A stretch of DNA of 64,000 nt from Prasinococcaceae sp. CCMP 1430. Taxonomy: Eukaryota; Plantae; Prasinodermophyta. Under the pieces are notes generated by a model that saw only the letters and a list, made by a program, of their open reading frames with translations, had not been told where the DNA came from and did no database searches. Below are positions 1 through 11,283 of this stretch, one piece after another. Location: the NCBI GenBank assembly GCA_013416795.1, contig RQSC01000019.1, forward strand, positions 70,356 to 134,355. Reading direction: 5' to 3'. Numbering within the stretch: position 1 is the first letter of the stretch; each line of letters opens with the position of its first letter. The translations under genes were made by a program, and so were the position numbers.

Positions 1-273
1 CCGCCCGTCCCGTCGGAGTGCCGACACGCAGGCGAGCACCGGCACCGGCACCGGCACCGACCCCGCCCTCTCGCCTGTCGCGCCGCAGAGGCCGGCAGCG
101 CCCCGCGCCTCCCGGCCTCGCCTGGGAGCGCGCACTCGCACCGTGCGCGCGCTCTGGCGCGGCAGCCAGCATACCCCCGGGCGCGCATGCGATATATATT
201 ACGTACAATCAGGGCTCGTGCCCGAATACCCGCTACCGGAGCCGCTCCTGGCCAATCCTAGCAGGCGGACACA

Positions 274-1842
274 CTATCTCCGGGGGACGCCGCGTGTGCC
301 CCCCCGTGACTGCGGTCGCGGCGGGCGGGTGTCCTCCGTGAAGATGATGCCGAGGTCGATGAGGAATTGGCGCACGTCGCGGAGGCACTGCGCGTCGGCG
401 GCGGGGTAGTACTCGCGGCTGCTGCTGCCGGCGCCACCCAGCGCGTCTGCAATTCCACGCAGGGGCGACGCGAGGCTCTCGACGAGCGCGTCGATGCCGC
501 CTTGCGCAGAGCTCCTCCCACCGCCGGGCGCGACCGCGCGCGCGGCCGCGCGCCATTGCGAAAAAGCCTCGCGCCACTCGCGAGGAGTGGCGCGCGCCAC
601 CGCGAAGTGCGCGGGCGCCACGCGCTCGAAGGGCCAGCGTGCGACGCGCTCCGCCCACTCGCTCACGTCGTCGGCCACGCCGCCCTCCTCCCCATCGCCG
701 TAGACCACCACGCCAACCACCGGTGGGACGACGAGCGCTCGCTCGCTGAGGCGCTCGAAGCTCTCACGGGGGCGCAGCACGTCCGCCTGACCGAAGTACA
801 GGCTGGTGAGTGCCATCCGCTGCCAGCCGAGCGCCTGCGCCTCGCCGTCAGGACGCTCCTTCGCGCGGAGCAGCCCGTAGCGCTGCGAGGCCTCCTCCAC
901 CCCAAAGAGCCTGAGCAGCCTCAACCCAGTGATGGCGATGTTCCTGTCGTCCGCCCACTCGAGCAGGTCACGCGCGCTGACGGTCGGCGGCGGCGCGCGC
1001 GCATCCAAGCGCATCACAGCGTCCGTCACCATCAGCGTGCGCGTGGGGCGGTGGTACAGCGCCACCTCGCTGAAGCGCACGTCCGTGTTGAGGCCCACCG
1101 GTGGCAAGTCGAGCGTGGCGCACTCCAGCTCGGGCGGCAGCATGCCTACCGCACCGTCGTCATCGATCTCCTCGGCCCGCGCGACACCGAGTGGCAGATT
1201 GAGCGGCCAGCTCCACTGGCCGGGCGCGCACAGCACCCGAGCCCGCGGGAAGGCTCGGGCGAACGGCTGCAGGAACTGCTTGTGCTCGTACAGCGTGCTG
1301 CCCAGCACGATGAGCTCAACGCCGCGCCCGTCTGCGCCCGCGGGCGGTCAGCGACACGCACGTCCGCGGCAAGCGAGCGAGCCTAGCGCGCGCCTCGTGC
1401 GGCTGCGGGTCGCAGGCGCGCACGCACCTGGTCCCTCTACCTGCCTCAGCAATTCGATGCACTCCCCAGTAGGCGCGATGGGCCCGTAGACGAAGAGGCC
1501 GCCGCTCTTCAGGCGCCCGACGGTCATGCGCACGTTGAGGCTCGTGTTGAGACCGAGTCCAATGCCCTGTTTCTGTTCGAAGCTCCACAGCGCGCCGCGC
1601 ACGAGCTCCGTGCGATACGTGGCGCGCACGAAGAAGGGCGTCGCGAGGAAGATGGGCACGACACCCAGAATGTAGGAGCGGCCGAATTCGGGTGCCGTCG
1701 CGATGCCGCCGCCGCCGCTGCCGCCTGCGGCGAGCGCGGCAGGCGCGGGCTCGCAGTTCGCACGCTCCCATGACGAGCCTCCAACGCACGCGGCGGCGAT
1801 CGCCGCCGCCGCCACCGCAGCGGCGCCGCCCGCATCGTACAA
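274..1842 (-). CDS. DUF4336-family protein (2+ exons; true start unresolved)
   Basis: Exon ..FEQKQGIGLGLNTSLNVRMTVGRLKSGGLFVYGPIAPTGECIELL.. splices across intron 1332-1427 (GTGCGTG donor, GCTGAC branch, CAG) to ..GRGVELIVLGSTLYEHK..PGQWSWPLNLP..FSEVALYHRPTRTLMVTDA. These match DUF4336 motifs from memory. No in-frame ATG was found in the upstream exon. Confidence 0.8.
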
Positions 1843-2064
1843 CCAGTACCTCGAGTACGCAACCAGTTCGCTGCGGCGGCCGCCGCCTGTGCGCCGTGTG
1901 GGAGCAGGCGCGCGTCGCCCGCCTGCGCCGCGGCCGCTGCGGCGCGCGCGCCCCTGCGCGAAGAGCGGAGAGCGGATAAGAATTCGAATCGAGAGGGTTT
2001 ATACCCAAATACTACGGCATCAACCCAAACCTGCGTGTACCTTACGTGATCCAACAATACTACT

Positions 2065-4905
2065 TTACAACAGCGGTCCGCTCCCGTCCCCGGCGAGCCT
2101 GTCGAGGAGCGAGTCGAGCTCGGCCATCGCGGGGACCGAGTCGCAGCAGATGCGCGCGAGCGCGAGGTCGTTCGGCAGCGTCTCGAGGCGCAGCAGCAGG
2201 TGCTGGCGCGGCGGGATGAGGACGAGGCAGCGCGCCCCGTCCGCCGCGCCGACGTCTCGATCGATGGCGTACTCGCGCAGCGCTGTGAGCACACGCGCCG
2301 CGCCAGCGTGGCCACCGGCGATCTCTTTCACCGACCAGAGTATTGTCGGCCCATCAATTTGCTCATCGCTGCCCCCGTCCGCGGGCGCGGCAGCCTCCCT
2401 CATCCGCGCGCGCGTCTCCAGCGCGTCGTACAACCACGCGAGCCGCCGGTGATCGTCGCGCTCATCACCTGTCGGCACAGCCTTCGCGTGCGCGCCAGCT
2501 GAGGGGACGAGAGAGCCGAACGCCGAGCGCAGCGCGTTCTGTGGCACCGTGTGAAAGAAGTCGGTGGCGTCGAGCCGCAGGTGCAGAGGCGTGTCGGCCT
2601 CCCACGTGCGCCCACACTCGTCGCTCGCGGCCACCGACACGCGCACGGCCGCAGACGACACGTGCGGGCGCAGCACAGGCAGCTGTACGCGCATCGTCAC
2701 ATCACATTCCGTTGCGCCCGCTTCGGAAGGGTGATGCGTCCCGCGCACGAGCGCGATGGTGTGGCTCGACGCGCGTCCTGGAGCCTGCTGGCCCTCGAAC
2801 GTGAGCCGCACTGCGTATAGGTCAGCAGGGAGCTCGTGTCCGGCACGCGATTCGCTCGCGCCCGTGTCGGGGCCCGCGTCCGCGCCCAGCGCCGCATCGA
2901 TGGCGCCGCTGCTGCGATTGCCGCAATCGGACAAGTCGTAGCCAAAGGCGAGCGACAGATCGAGCTCGAAGAGCCGCTCGCCGCCGTTCGCCAGCGCGGC
3001 CATGTAAGCGTCCAACACGACGGCCGTGTCACCCTCCCCGAGCTGAAGACTTCCGCCTCCGCCGTCCGCGCCGCCGGTGGTGCACGAGGACGCATCGCCG
3101 TGCCCACCGGTGCGCTGCGCGGAGGCCCCTTCCGCACGGCCCGCCACCGTGCTGGGGCCGGGGACGGCAACGCGGCGCAGCGAGAGCGTGTCCGCAGGGA
3201 GCAGACACACGGTGTCCGGGGCCGCTGAGTCGGCAGCGGCTGCCACAACGCGCGTCGTCGTCGTGGGACCATACCACTCATCGGCCCACGCCGGCGCGTA
3301 CGCGCCAAGCAGGGCGCCTCCAGCAGAGCTGCACGCGCGCGCGCGCGGCGCGCGGTCAGCTTGCGCGATGGCGCGAGCGCATGCTGGACGCGAAGGACTT
3401 GGCCACGCGCACCTTCGGCTCGCGTCGATGGTCGTCAGCACGCGCCTCGCCTGCACGCGCACATCGTCGGCGAAGCGCGCGGCCGACAGCAGACGGCACA
3501 CCGCGCGTGCCTGCGACAGCACCGCTCTCCTCGCAGCGTCTGCTTCGCCGCGCTTGGCGAGCGCGCCCTTGGATAGCTGCAGGACCGCGCAGCACTGCTC
3601 CCAGCTCGGAGGCGCACCACCGGCGTCCGCACCCAGCCGGAGCTCGTGTGCCAGCGCCGCTAGCGCAGGCGCCGGGGAGATGCCCTCGCCATGCGTGAGG
3701 ACGGCATCCATCAGGATCAGGCAGTCCATGGCGGTCGCGCGCGCGCGCAGCTGGTGCGCACTCTGCGGGCTGCGCGCGTCGACGGGTGATGCGCAGCCGC
3801 GCATCGCAGCACGCACGCTTGCGTGCGGCGCCATTGGCAGCCCCTTGATGACGTGCTCGTTGGCTGCGGCGAGCACGCGCTGCAGCAGATCGGCGCCGAG
3901 GGGGCTCACGTACCGCAGCAGGTGCGGATGCAGCGCGGCGTCGGTGGCGATCGCGCGGCAGAGCGCCAGCACGCACTCGTCCTCGGCGCGCGAGAGAGGC
4001 GCGGTCGCGCGCGCGGCTTCGGCGAGCGCAGCCAGGTACGCGCGCGGCGCCACACCGCCGCGCGAGCCGAGATCTTCGAGAGCACCGAGCGCGCCGGCCA
4101 GCGTTGCCAGCGCCGCCGTCCCATCGCGGCCCGCGCCCGCGGGCGAGCTCGCGTGCGCCGCCCACTGTGCCGCCACGACCAGCTTCGTGCGCACAACGCG
4201 TTCGCCGTCGGCCGCGCGCGCGCGCACGCACTCCAGCAGCTCGTTCTCGTCCACGACGAAGGCACCGCCGTTGGGCTCGGCCGCGGCGCGGCGCGAGGCG
4301 AGCATGAGCAGGAGCTGACGCGTCAGCGGGTCGGCGAGCTCCGCGTCGCTGGCCACGCGCAGCACTGCCGATGCGCTCTGCTTGGTGGTCATCGACAGCG
4401 CGTCGGCTGCCGCCGCGGCGGGCGACGAGGGCTGCGCGCCACCGCCGCGGCCACCGCCATCGCCGTCGGCACCGCCGTTGGCACCGCGGCGGCCGCCGCC
4501 CTCGCTCACAAGCGTGCCGTTGCCGGCGCCGGCCTCCGCCTCGCACATGCGCGCCACGCCCCCGGGCAGCACGCCGGGACGCGCGCGCTGCAACTCGAGC
4601 GCCGCGCGCGCGAGCGCCTTCTTGACCACCGACGAGCCGTCGCTCACTGTATGCCACCCGCGCCGCTCGAGCACCTTGGCAGCGAGCCCGGCGAGCGAAC
4701 CGCAGAGCTGCTCGCGCACACGATCGAGCTGGCCCGGGAGCGCACCCGCGCGCTCCTCCGGCCCGCCACCGCCGTGCCCGGCGCTCGCGCCGTGCGCCTC
4801 GCACGCGTCGAGCGCTTCGAGCGCCTGCATGACCACGCTCACCACGACGCGCGCCGCCTCGCAGCGCACGCGCTCGGCCGCGCCGCCGTCGGCAGCGACG
4901 CCCCC
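2065..4905 (-). CDS. AP5B1: AP-5 adaptor complex subunit beta-like, 3' part (5' end in N gap)
   Basis: Helical solenoid with SWEQCCAVLQLSKG and RFADDVRVQARRVL (plant AP5B1 has roughly W..G.K.L.IC and FPDLEVRDNAR.YL). The C-terminus LIPPRQHLLLRLE..ARICCDSVPAMAELDSLL resembles the plant FLPP.FHLLF.ME..IRTD.WPCLAYID..L. Probable in-frame intron at 3329-3412. Confidence 0.7.
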   Translation of the reverse strand, partial: GGVAADGGAAERVRCEAARVVVSVVMQALEALDACEAHGASAGHGGGGPEERAGALPGQLDRVREQLCGSLAGLAAKVLERRGWHTVSDGSSVVKKALARAALELQRARPGVLPGGVARMCEAEAGAGNGTLVSEGGGRRGANGGADGDGGGRGGGAQPSSPAAAAADALSMTTKQSASAVLRVASDAELADPLTRQLLLMLASRRAAAEPNGGAFVVDENELLECVRARAADGERVVRTKLVVAAQWAAHASSPAGAGRDGTAALATLAGALGALEDLGSRGGVAPRAYLAALAEAARATAPLSRAEDECVLALCRAIATDAALHPHLLRYVSPLGADLLQRVLAAANEHVIKGLPMAPHASVRAAMRGCASPVDARSPQSAHQLRARATAMDCLILMDAVLTHGEGISPAPALAALAHELRLGADAGGAPPSWEQCCAVLQLSKGALAKRGEADAARRAVLSQARAVCRLLSAARFADDVRVQARRVLTTIDASRRCAWPSPSRPACARAIAQADRAPRARACSSAGGALLGAYAPAWADEWYGPTTTTRVVAAAADSAAPDTVCLLPADTLSLRRVAVPGPSTVAGRAEGASAQRTGGHGDASSCTTGGADGGGGSLQLGEGDTAVVLDAYMAALANGGERLFELDLSLAFGYDLSDCGNRSSGAIDAALGADAGPDTGASESRAGHELPADLYAVRLTFEGQQAPGRASSHTIALVRGTHHPSEAGATECDVTMRVQLPVLRPHVSSAAVRVSVAASDECGRTWEADTPLHLRLDATDFFHTVPQNALRSAFGSLVPSAGAHAKAVPTGDERDDHRRLAWLYDALETRARMREAAAPADGGSDEQIDGPTILWSVKEIAGGHAGAARVLTALREYAIDRDVGAADGARCLVLIPPRQHLLLRLETLPNDLALARICCDSVPAMAELDSLLDRLAGDGSGPLL

Positions 4906-5897
4906 NNNNNNNNNNNNNNNNNNNNNNNNNNNNNNNNNNNNNNNNNNNNNNNNNNNNNNNNNNNNNNNNNNNNNNNNNNNNNNNNNNNNNNNNNNNNNNN
5001 NNNNNNNNNNNNNNNNNNNNNNNNNNNNNNNNNNNNNNNNNNNNNNNNNNNNNNNNNNNNNNNNNNNNNNNNNNNNNNNNNNNNNNNNNNNNNNNNNNNN
5101 NNNNNNNNNNNNNNNNNNNNNNNNNNNNNNNNNNNNNNNNNNNNNNNNNNNNNNNNNNNNNNNNNNNNNNNNNNNNNNNNNNNNNNNNNNNNNNNNNNNN
5201 NNNNNNNNNNNNNNNNNNNNNNNNNNNNNNNNNNNNNNNNNNNNNNNNNNNNNNNNNNNNNNNNNNNNNNNNNNNNNNNNNNNNNNNNNNNNNNNNNNNN
5301 NNNNNNNNNNNNNNNNNNNNNNNNNNNNNNNNNNNNNNNNNNNNNNNNNNNNNNNNNNNNNNNNNNNNNNNNNNNNNNNNNNNNNNNNNNNNNNNNNNNN
5401 NNNNNNNNNNNNNNNNNNNNNNNNNNNNNNNNNNNNNNNNNNNNNNNNNNNNNNNNNNNNNNNNNNNNNNNNNNNNNNNNNNNNNNNNNNNNNNNNNNNN
5501 NNNNNNNNNNNNNNNNNNNNNNNNNNNNNNNNNNNNNNNNNNNNNNNNNNNNNNNNNNNNNNNNNNNNNNNNNNNNNNNNNNNNNNNNNNNNNNNNNNNN
5601 NNNNNNNNNNNNNNNNNNNNNNNNNNNNNNNNNNNNNNNNNNNNNNNNNNNNNNNNNNNNNNNNNNNNNNNNNNNNNNNNNNNNNNNNNNNNNNNNNNNN
5701 NNNNNNNNNNNNNNNNNNNNNNNNNNNNNNNNNNNNNNNNNNNNNNNNNNNNNNNNNNNNNNNNNNNNNNNNNNNNNNNNNNNNNNNNNNNNNNNNNNNN
5801 NNNNNNNNNNNNNNNNNNNNNNNNNNNNNNNNNNNNNNNNNNNNNNNNNNNNNNNNNNNNNNNNNNNNNNNNNNNNNNNNNNNNNNNNNNNNNNNNN

Positions 5898-7624
5898 CGC
5901 GCGCGGCGCCGGGCGCGCCCGCCGCGAGCGTGGCGGTGGGCGCGTACTTGACGAAGGCGTCGCTCAGCTGGCGGATGCGCTTGACGTCGAGGCGCCGCCC
6001 GCCGCCCGGGCCGTACACCAGCGACTCGAGCGCGGCGCGCGCGCGCGGCGAGCGGTCGGTGAGCAGCCGCCGGGCGACGTACGGGTAGCACTCCTGCGCG
6101 ATGGCGTAGTCGGGGTCGGTCTGCAGCCCGATGCCCTCCAGGATGGAGAAGGCGCGCAGGATGAGCGCGAAGTAGCTGGGGATCTGGAAGAGGTTGCCGT
6201 AGGTCTCCTGGATGCGCGCGAGCTCGCTGCCCAGCTCCTCCACGCGGCTGCCGCCCCCGGCGCCGCCCGCGCCGGCGGGGGCGGAGAGCGCGGCGGCCGC
6301 GTCGGCCGCGGCCAGCGCCGACCGCGTGGCGCCGGCGTCGCCTCGCGCCTCGCGCCGCGCCTGGATCTGGCGGCGCGCCTCGGCGGCCGTCTCCGAGCTG
6401 AACCCCGAGTCCGCCAGCGACGCGGTGACGCCCTTGGCGCCGCCCCCCTTGGCGAGCGCGCGGAAGACGTCCGCCAGCACGCGCACGACGCCCTCGTCCT
6501 CCATGGCCAGCGACTTGCCCGGCGGGATGAAGCCCAGCGCCAGCAGGTCCTGGGGCACGCTCTTGTAGTCGCGGCCGATCAGGTGGACGATGTACTCCAG
6601 GATGGCGAAGCGCTTCTCGCTCTCGATCTCCGTCACGAGGCCGAAGTCGAGGATGCACAGCCGCCCGTCGCGCGTGCGCAGCAGGTTGCCCGGGTGCGGG
6701 TCGCTGTGCAGCGTGCCCGTGTCGAGCAGCATGGTGAGGTAGGCCGTCAGCGCCACGCCGCACAGCAGCGGCACGTCCGCGGCGTCCGACCGGTCGAGGC
6801 GCTCGCCGTCGATCCACTCGGTGGTGAGCACGCGCCGCGAGCACAGGCCGGGCTCCACGCGCGCGGTGGTCACCGCGTCCAGCCCGCGCGCGCGCATGGC
6901 GTCGTAGAACTGGGCGCCGTTGCGCGCCTCGAGCGTGTAGTCCAGCTCGTCCATGAAGCGCGTGCCCCACTCGTCGACGAGCCCCTGCAGGTCGCTGTTG
7001 AGGCCGCCGCGCGCGCGCACCACCGGCGCGAGCGTGCGCAGCACCAGCAGGTCGAGCGCGATCTCCTCGACGATGCCGGGGCGCTGCACCTTGACCGCCA
7101 CCTCGCGCGTCGGCTGCGCGTCTCCGCCCGCGTCCCCGGCGGCGGCGGCGGCGCGCACGCGGCAGCGGTACACCTGCCCCAGGCTGGCGGCGGCGACGGG
7201 CGCCGCGTCGGCGTCCTCGATGCCCTCCAGCGAGCGCAGCGCGGCGGGCCCCAGCTCGGCGGCGATCAGCGCGCGCGCCTGCTCGGTGGGGAAGGCCGGC
7301 ACGCGGTCCTGCAGCTGCTTGAGCGCCTCGACGTACGTCGCCGGCACCAGGTCGGAGCGGCTCGACGCCACCTGCCCCGCCTTGATGAGCGCGGGGCCGA
7401 GCGCGACCAGCGCCTCGCGCAGGCGCGCCGCCTTGACCTCGTCGCCCTTGCCGAGCGTGGCGGCGTACGTGCGCCCCACCACCGCGGCCACCTTGAGCAG
7501 CCGCCGCGCGACGCGCAGCGGCCGCCGGCGGAAGTACGCGGCGAACGCCTCCGGGTCGTACCGCGCGAAGAAGGGCTCGTCGGGCAGCGCGCGCGGGTCG
7601 TAGGCCGCCAGCCGGGCGAGCGCC
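5898..7624 (-). CDS. ABC1K: ABC1/UbiB atypical kinase (plastid ABC1K-like), flanked by N gaps
   Basis: LGPALIKAGQ..SSRSDL, VAAASLGQVY, VAVKVQRP, ELDYTLEARN, HSDPHPGNL, ILDFGL and FQIPSYFALILR are all ABC1 hallmarks. Confidence 0.93.
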
Positions 7625-8555
7625 NNNNNNNNNNNNNNNNNNNNNNNNNNNNNNNNNNNNNNNNNNNNNNNNNNNNNNNNNNNNNNNNNNNNNNNNNNNN
7701 NNNNNNNNNNNNNNNNNNNNNNNNNNNNNNNNNNNNNNNNNNNNNNNNNNNNNNNNNNNNNNNNNNNNNNNNNNNNNNNNNNNNNNNNNNNNNNNNNNNN
7801 NNNNNNNNNNNNNNNNNNNNNNNNNNNNNNNNNNNNNNNNNNNNNNNNNNNNNNNNNNNNNNNNNNNNNNNNNNNNNNNNNNNNNNNNNNNNNNNNNNNN
7901 NNNNNNNNNNNNNNNNNNNNNNNNNNNNNNNNNNNNNNNNNNNNNNNNNNNNNNNNNNNNNNNNNNNNNNNNNNNNNNNNNNNNNNNNNNNNNNNNNNNN
8001 NNNNNNNNNNNNNNNNNNNNNNNNNNNNNNNNNNNNNNNNNNNNNNNNNNNNNNNNNNNNNNNNNNNNNNNNNNNNNCCAACCCCCCGCCACCGCTGGGG
8101 CGCGTCCGGTGTGGCTGGCTGGCTGGCTGGCTGGCGCGCCCCTCGGTCCTCCCCCCACTCTCACACCAAGAGCAGGAGCAGGCCACGCCCGCCTGCGCGC
8201 GTGGGGGCCACGCGCGCGCGCGCGCCGCCGGCCGCCCCTTTTTTTTTTTTTTTTAAAAAAATAAAAAATAAAAATCCCGCGCATTATCCGGCCGCGGACG
8301 CGCCGCGCGGGTCGACGAGAGCATCCCCGACCCGAATTGTTTTGGGTTTTCCGCAGATTTTCGGCGCCGCGGTTCAATCGCTGATGCAATGAGAACCTCG
8401 ATGACTTTTCCGGCAGAGGACGCATTTTGTTCGCGATACGGTGCGTGCGCGAACGCGCTCGGAACGGCGCGCGGCGAAAGGGTCCCCGCAAATCGCCGGC
8501 GCGCGAGGGCGGCGCCCGCCGCCGCGCGCCCACGTCACCTGGCATTCGTTCGCCG

Positions 8556-8677
8556 CGCGCCCCATCCCAAGGGAGTGCTCGCCCGTGGGGAAATCACACT
8601 CCAAATGAAATGGACTCGCGCCCCATCCCAAGGGAGTTCTCGCCCGTGGGGGAATCACACTCCAAATGCAATGGACT
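8556..8677 (+). repeat. Two-copy 61-bp tandem direct repeat
   Basis: 8556-8616 and 8617-8677 read CGCGCCCCATCCCAAGGGAGT(G/T)CTCGCCCGTGGGG(A/G)AATCACACTCCAAATG(A/C)AATGGACT, with 3 mismatches. Confidence 0.95.
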
Positions 8678-8722
8678 GACTCATGAGTGCTCGCTCCCAT
8701 TCGTTCGGGGTCGGGGGGAGGG

Positions 8723-8731
<9 letters not shown>

Positions 8732-8777
<46 letters not shown>
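8732..8777. repeat. Poly-T homopolymer running into an assembly gap
   Basis: Uninterrupted T run followed directly by Ns. Confidence 0.9.
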
Positions 8778-9040
8778 NNNNNNNNNNNNNNNNNNNNNNN
8801 NNNNNNNNNNNNNNNNNNNNNNNNNNNNNNNNNNNNNNNNNNNNNNNNNNNNNNNNNNNNNNNNNNNNNNNNNNNNNNNNNNNNNNNNNNNNNNNNNNNN
8901 NNNNNNNNNNNNNNNNNNNNNNNNNNNNNNNNNNNNNNNNNNNNNNNNNNNNNNNNNNNNNNNNNNNNNNNNNNNNNNNNNNNNNNNNNNNNNNNNNNNN
9001 NNNNNNNNNNNNNNNNNNNNNNNNNNNNNNNNNNNNNNNN

Positions 9041-9944
9041 CGAGGACCCGGTGGCGACGGGCGCGTGGCCGCGCCGCCGCCGGCGCACCGCCGACGAGCC
9101 CGGCGAGCCGGCGTTCGTGCCCAACGAGGTGGTCAAGTACTCGCTCTTCGGCGGGAGCACGGCCGTGATGGGCGCGACGCCCGACGACAAGGTCGACTAC
9201 AGCGGCGAGGGCGCCTTCGACCGCTTCTTCCTGCAGTTCTTCGCGCGGTCGATGGCGAGGCGGCTGGGCGAGACGGACGTGCCGGCGGACTTCAACGGCT
9301 TCGTGGAGCTGTCGAGGAGGGTGGTGAACCGCTTCGACGCCGCGGGGTGCGCCGAGATGACGCTGGGCATCCTGTACGACGTCATGCCGTCGGCCACGCC
9401 GGCGGTGTTCCGGGTGCTCTTCCCGCCGACCAAGTTCAGCTGCGAGGCCAACGCGTGGGTGACCACGCAGTTCTTCTCCTTCCTGGTGGGCCCGTCGTAC
9501 GTGACGGAGGTGCTGGTGAACGACACGCGCGAGGCCAAGCGCGCGGGCGCGCCCCAGCGGCAGATGAGCCGCGTGCAGATCAAGAAGTGCCGCTGGCTGG
9601 AGGCGAGCGGCTGCGCGGCGTCCTGCCAGAGCATGTGCAAGGCGCCCACGCAGGAGTTCTTCAACGACGTCTTCGGCCTGCCCGTCACCATGAACCCCAA
9701 CTACGAGACGCTCAGCTGCGAGATGGTCTTCGGCCAGGCGCCGCCGCCGCGCGAGGAGGACGTCGCGAGCGCCGAGGGGTGCCTGAGCGCCTGCGCGACG
9801 GGCGTCGTCGCCGACGACGACCCCTCCGCGGGAGGCAGCTGCCACAGGCTGCCCAACTTCGAGCGGTACTTGGCCGAGCTGGAGGAGGCGCGGCACAGCG
9901 AGGAGCCTCCTGGTGGGAACGACGACGGGGGGGGTAGCCCGTGA
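9041..9944 (+). CDS. D27: Beta-carotene isomerase D27-like (DUF4033), 5' end in gap
   Basis: FDRFFLQFF, KFSCEANAWVTTQFFSFLVGP, VQIKKCRWLEASGCAASCQSMCKAPTQEFF..FGLPVTMNPNYETLSCEMVFGQAPP. Confidence 0.9.
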
Positions 9945-10167
9945 GGATGATCGATGGAAGGGGGGAGGAGGCTGTGTAAACGACGGCGCTTGTTTTTTGG
10001 TCCGTGGCGTGGCTCTTTGTGAGTCGTTTCTGGCGACGTCGCGGGGGCACTTTGGGGTGCGCTGCTTCGCTTGCTGCTGCCGCGGCGAGGTCGGCGGGGG
10101 ATGCGAGGGGGCGGGGAGGGTTCTGGCGCGCGCTGGGTGCGCGCCGTTCGTCGGGCTGCTGTTTCTT

Positions 10168-10726
10168 TTACTTCTCGATCTCGACCGAGAGCATGGTGAC
10201 CGGCTCCACGGGCTTGTCGGCGCGGTCGGTCTGCACCTTGGAGATCTTGTTCACGACGTCCATGCCCTCGGTGACCTTGCCGAACACCGGGTGCGCCGAG
10301 GGCGTGCGCGTGTCCCAGAAGTCGAGGAAGCTGTTGTGCACCGTGTTCACGAAGAACTGCGAGCCGCCCGAGTTGGGCGCGCCGGTGTTGGCCATGGAGA
10401 GCGTGCCCGGCTCGTTGGAGATCTGCTCGACCAGCTCGTCGGGGATGTTGCCGCCGGCGTCGCGCGTGATGGTCTGGCCGTCCGGCGTGGTGAACGAGCC
10501 GCCGCCCGGCGGGCCGCCCGTGCCGGCCTGGCGCGAGCTGGGGTCCTTCGACTTGGGGCAGCCGAACTGCAGCATGAAGCCGTCGATCACGCGGTGGAAG
10601 GTCAGGCCGTCGTAGAAGCCCGACTCGGCGAGGTCCACGAAGTTGGAGGCCGTGATGGGCAGCTTGTCCATGTACAGCTCGGCGGTGAAGGAGCCCTCCG
10701 ACGTGGTGAAGACCGCCTTCGGGTTG
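10168..10726 (-). CDS. Cyclophilin-type peptidyl-prolyl isomerase (main exon; upstream exon likely starts at ATG 10970, junction unresolved)
   Basis: [50 protein letters not shown]. The acceptor at 10727 follows an ACTGAC branch site. The ATG at 10970 opens an Ala/Arg-rich targeting-like peptide, but the phases do not join with a single intron. Confidence 0.92.
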
Positions 10727-11283
10727 CTGCAAGTTTTGGGTGGGTGGATCGGGCGTCAGTGGCTGAGGTCGGGCGGTAGATAGATAGATGGCGCGAGGGC
10801 TGCGTGCGCGCCGCGAGCGCGCGAGGGGCCGCGGCACAGGCGACGGCGACTGCGATGCGATCGGATCGGACCGGCGGCCACGTACCCCGAGGCCGTCGCC
10901 ACGAGGCGGCGCGCGGTAGCGCGCGTGCGGCGGCGCGCGCGGCGGACGAGAGGCGCGCGGCGACGGCCATCGCTCCGATCGGTCGGGAGGGTTGGGGGGA
11001 TGAGGGAGAAGGGCGGCGGGGGAGGCGCCGGCTGCAGCGCGTGTGCCCCGCGCGCGCAGCGGCGCGCGCGCGCCGCGGCTGCTGCCTGCAGACCCTCGTC
11101 ATCCCTCGCCGTCCACGTCGCCTGCACCAGCACACCGCGCCCCATCAAACCCAACTGGGCTCGCCCGTGGGCGCGCCACACGCCAAATGCAATCGCCTGC
11201 CTCATGGTTGGTCGCTCCCATTCTTGAACCCCCATTTTCCGCCCTGCGATCACGCCATCAAAAAACAGGGCGGCCAGTGCCTT

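Noticed and set aside
2065-7491. 1808-aa ABC1 kinase/AP-5 beta fusion in the ORF track
   Set aside because: The frame only continues through about 990 Ns (4906-5897). The two sides are unrelated families with different codon usage.
8556-8677. CRISPR-like array
   Set aside because: There are only two abutting copies with no spacers, in a eukaryotic context with no cas genes.
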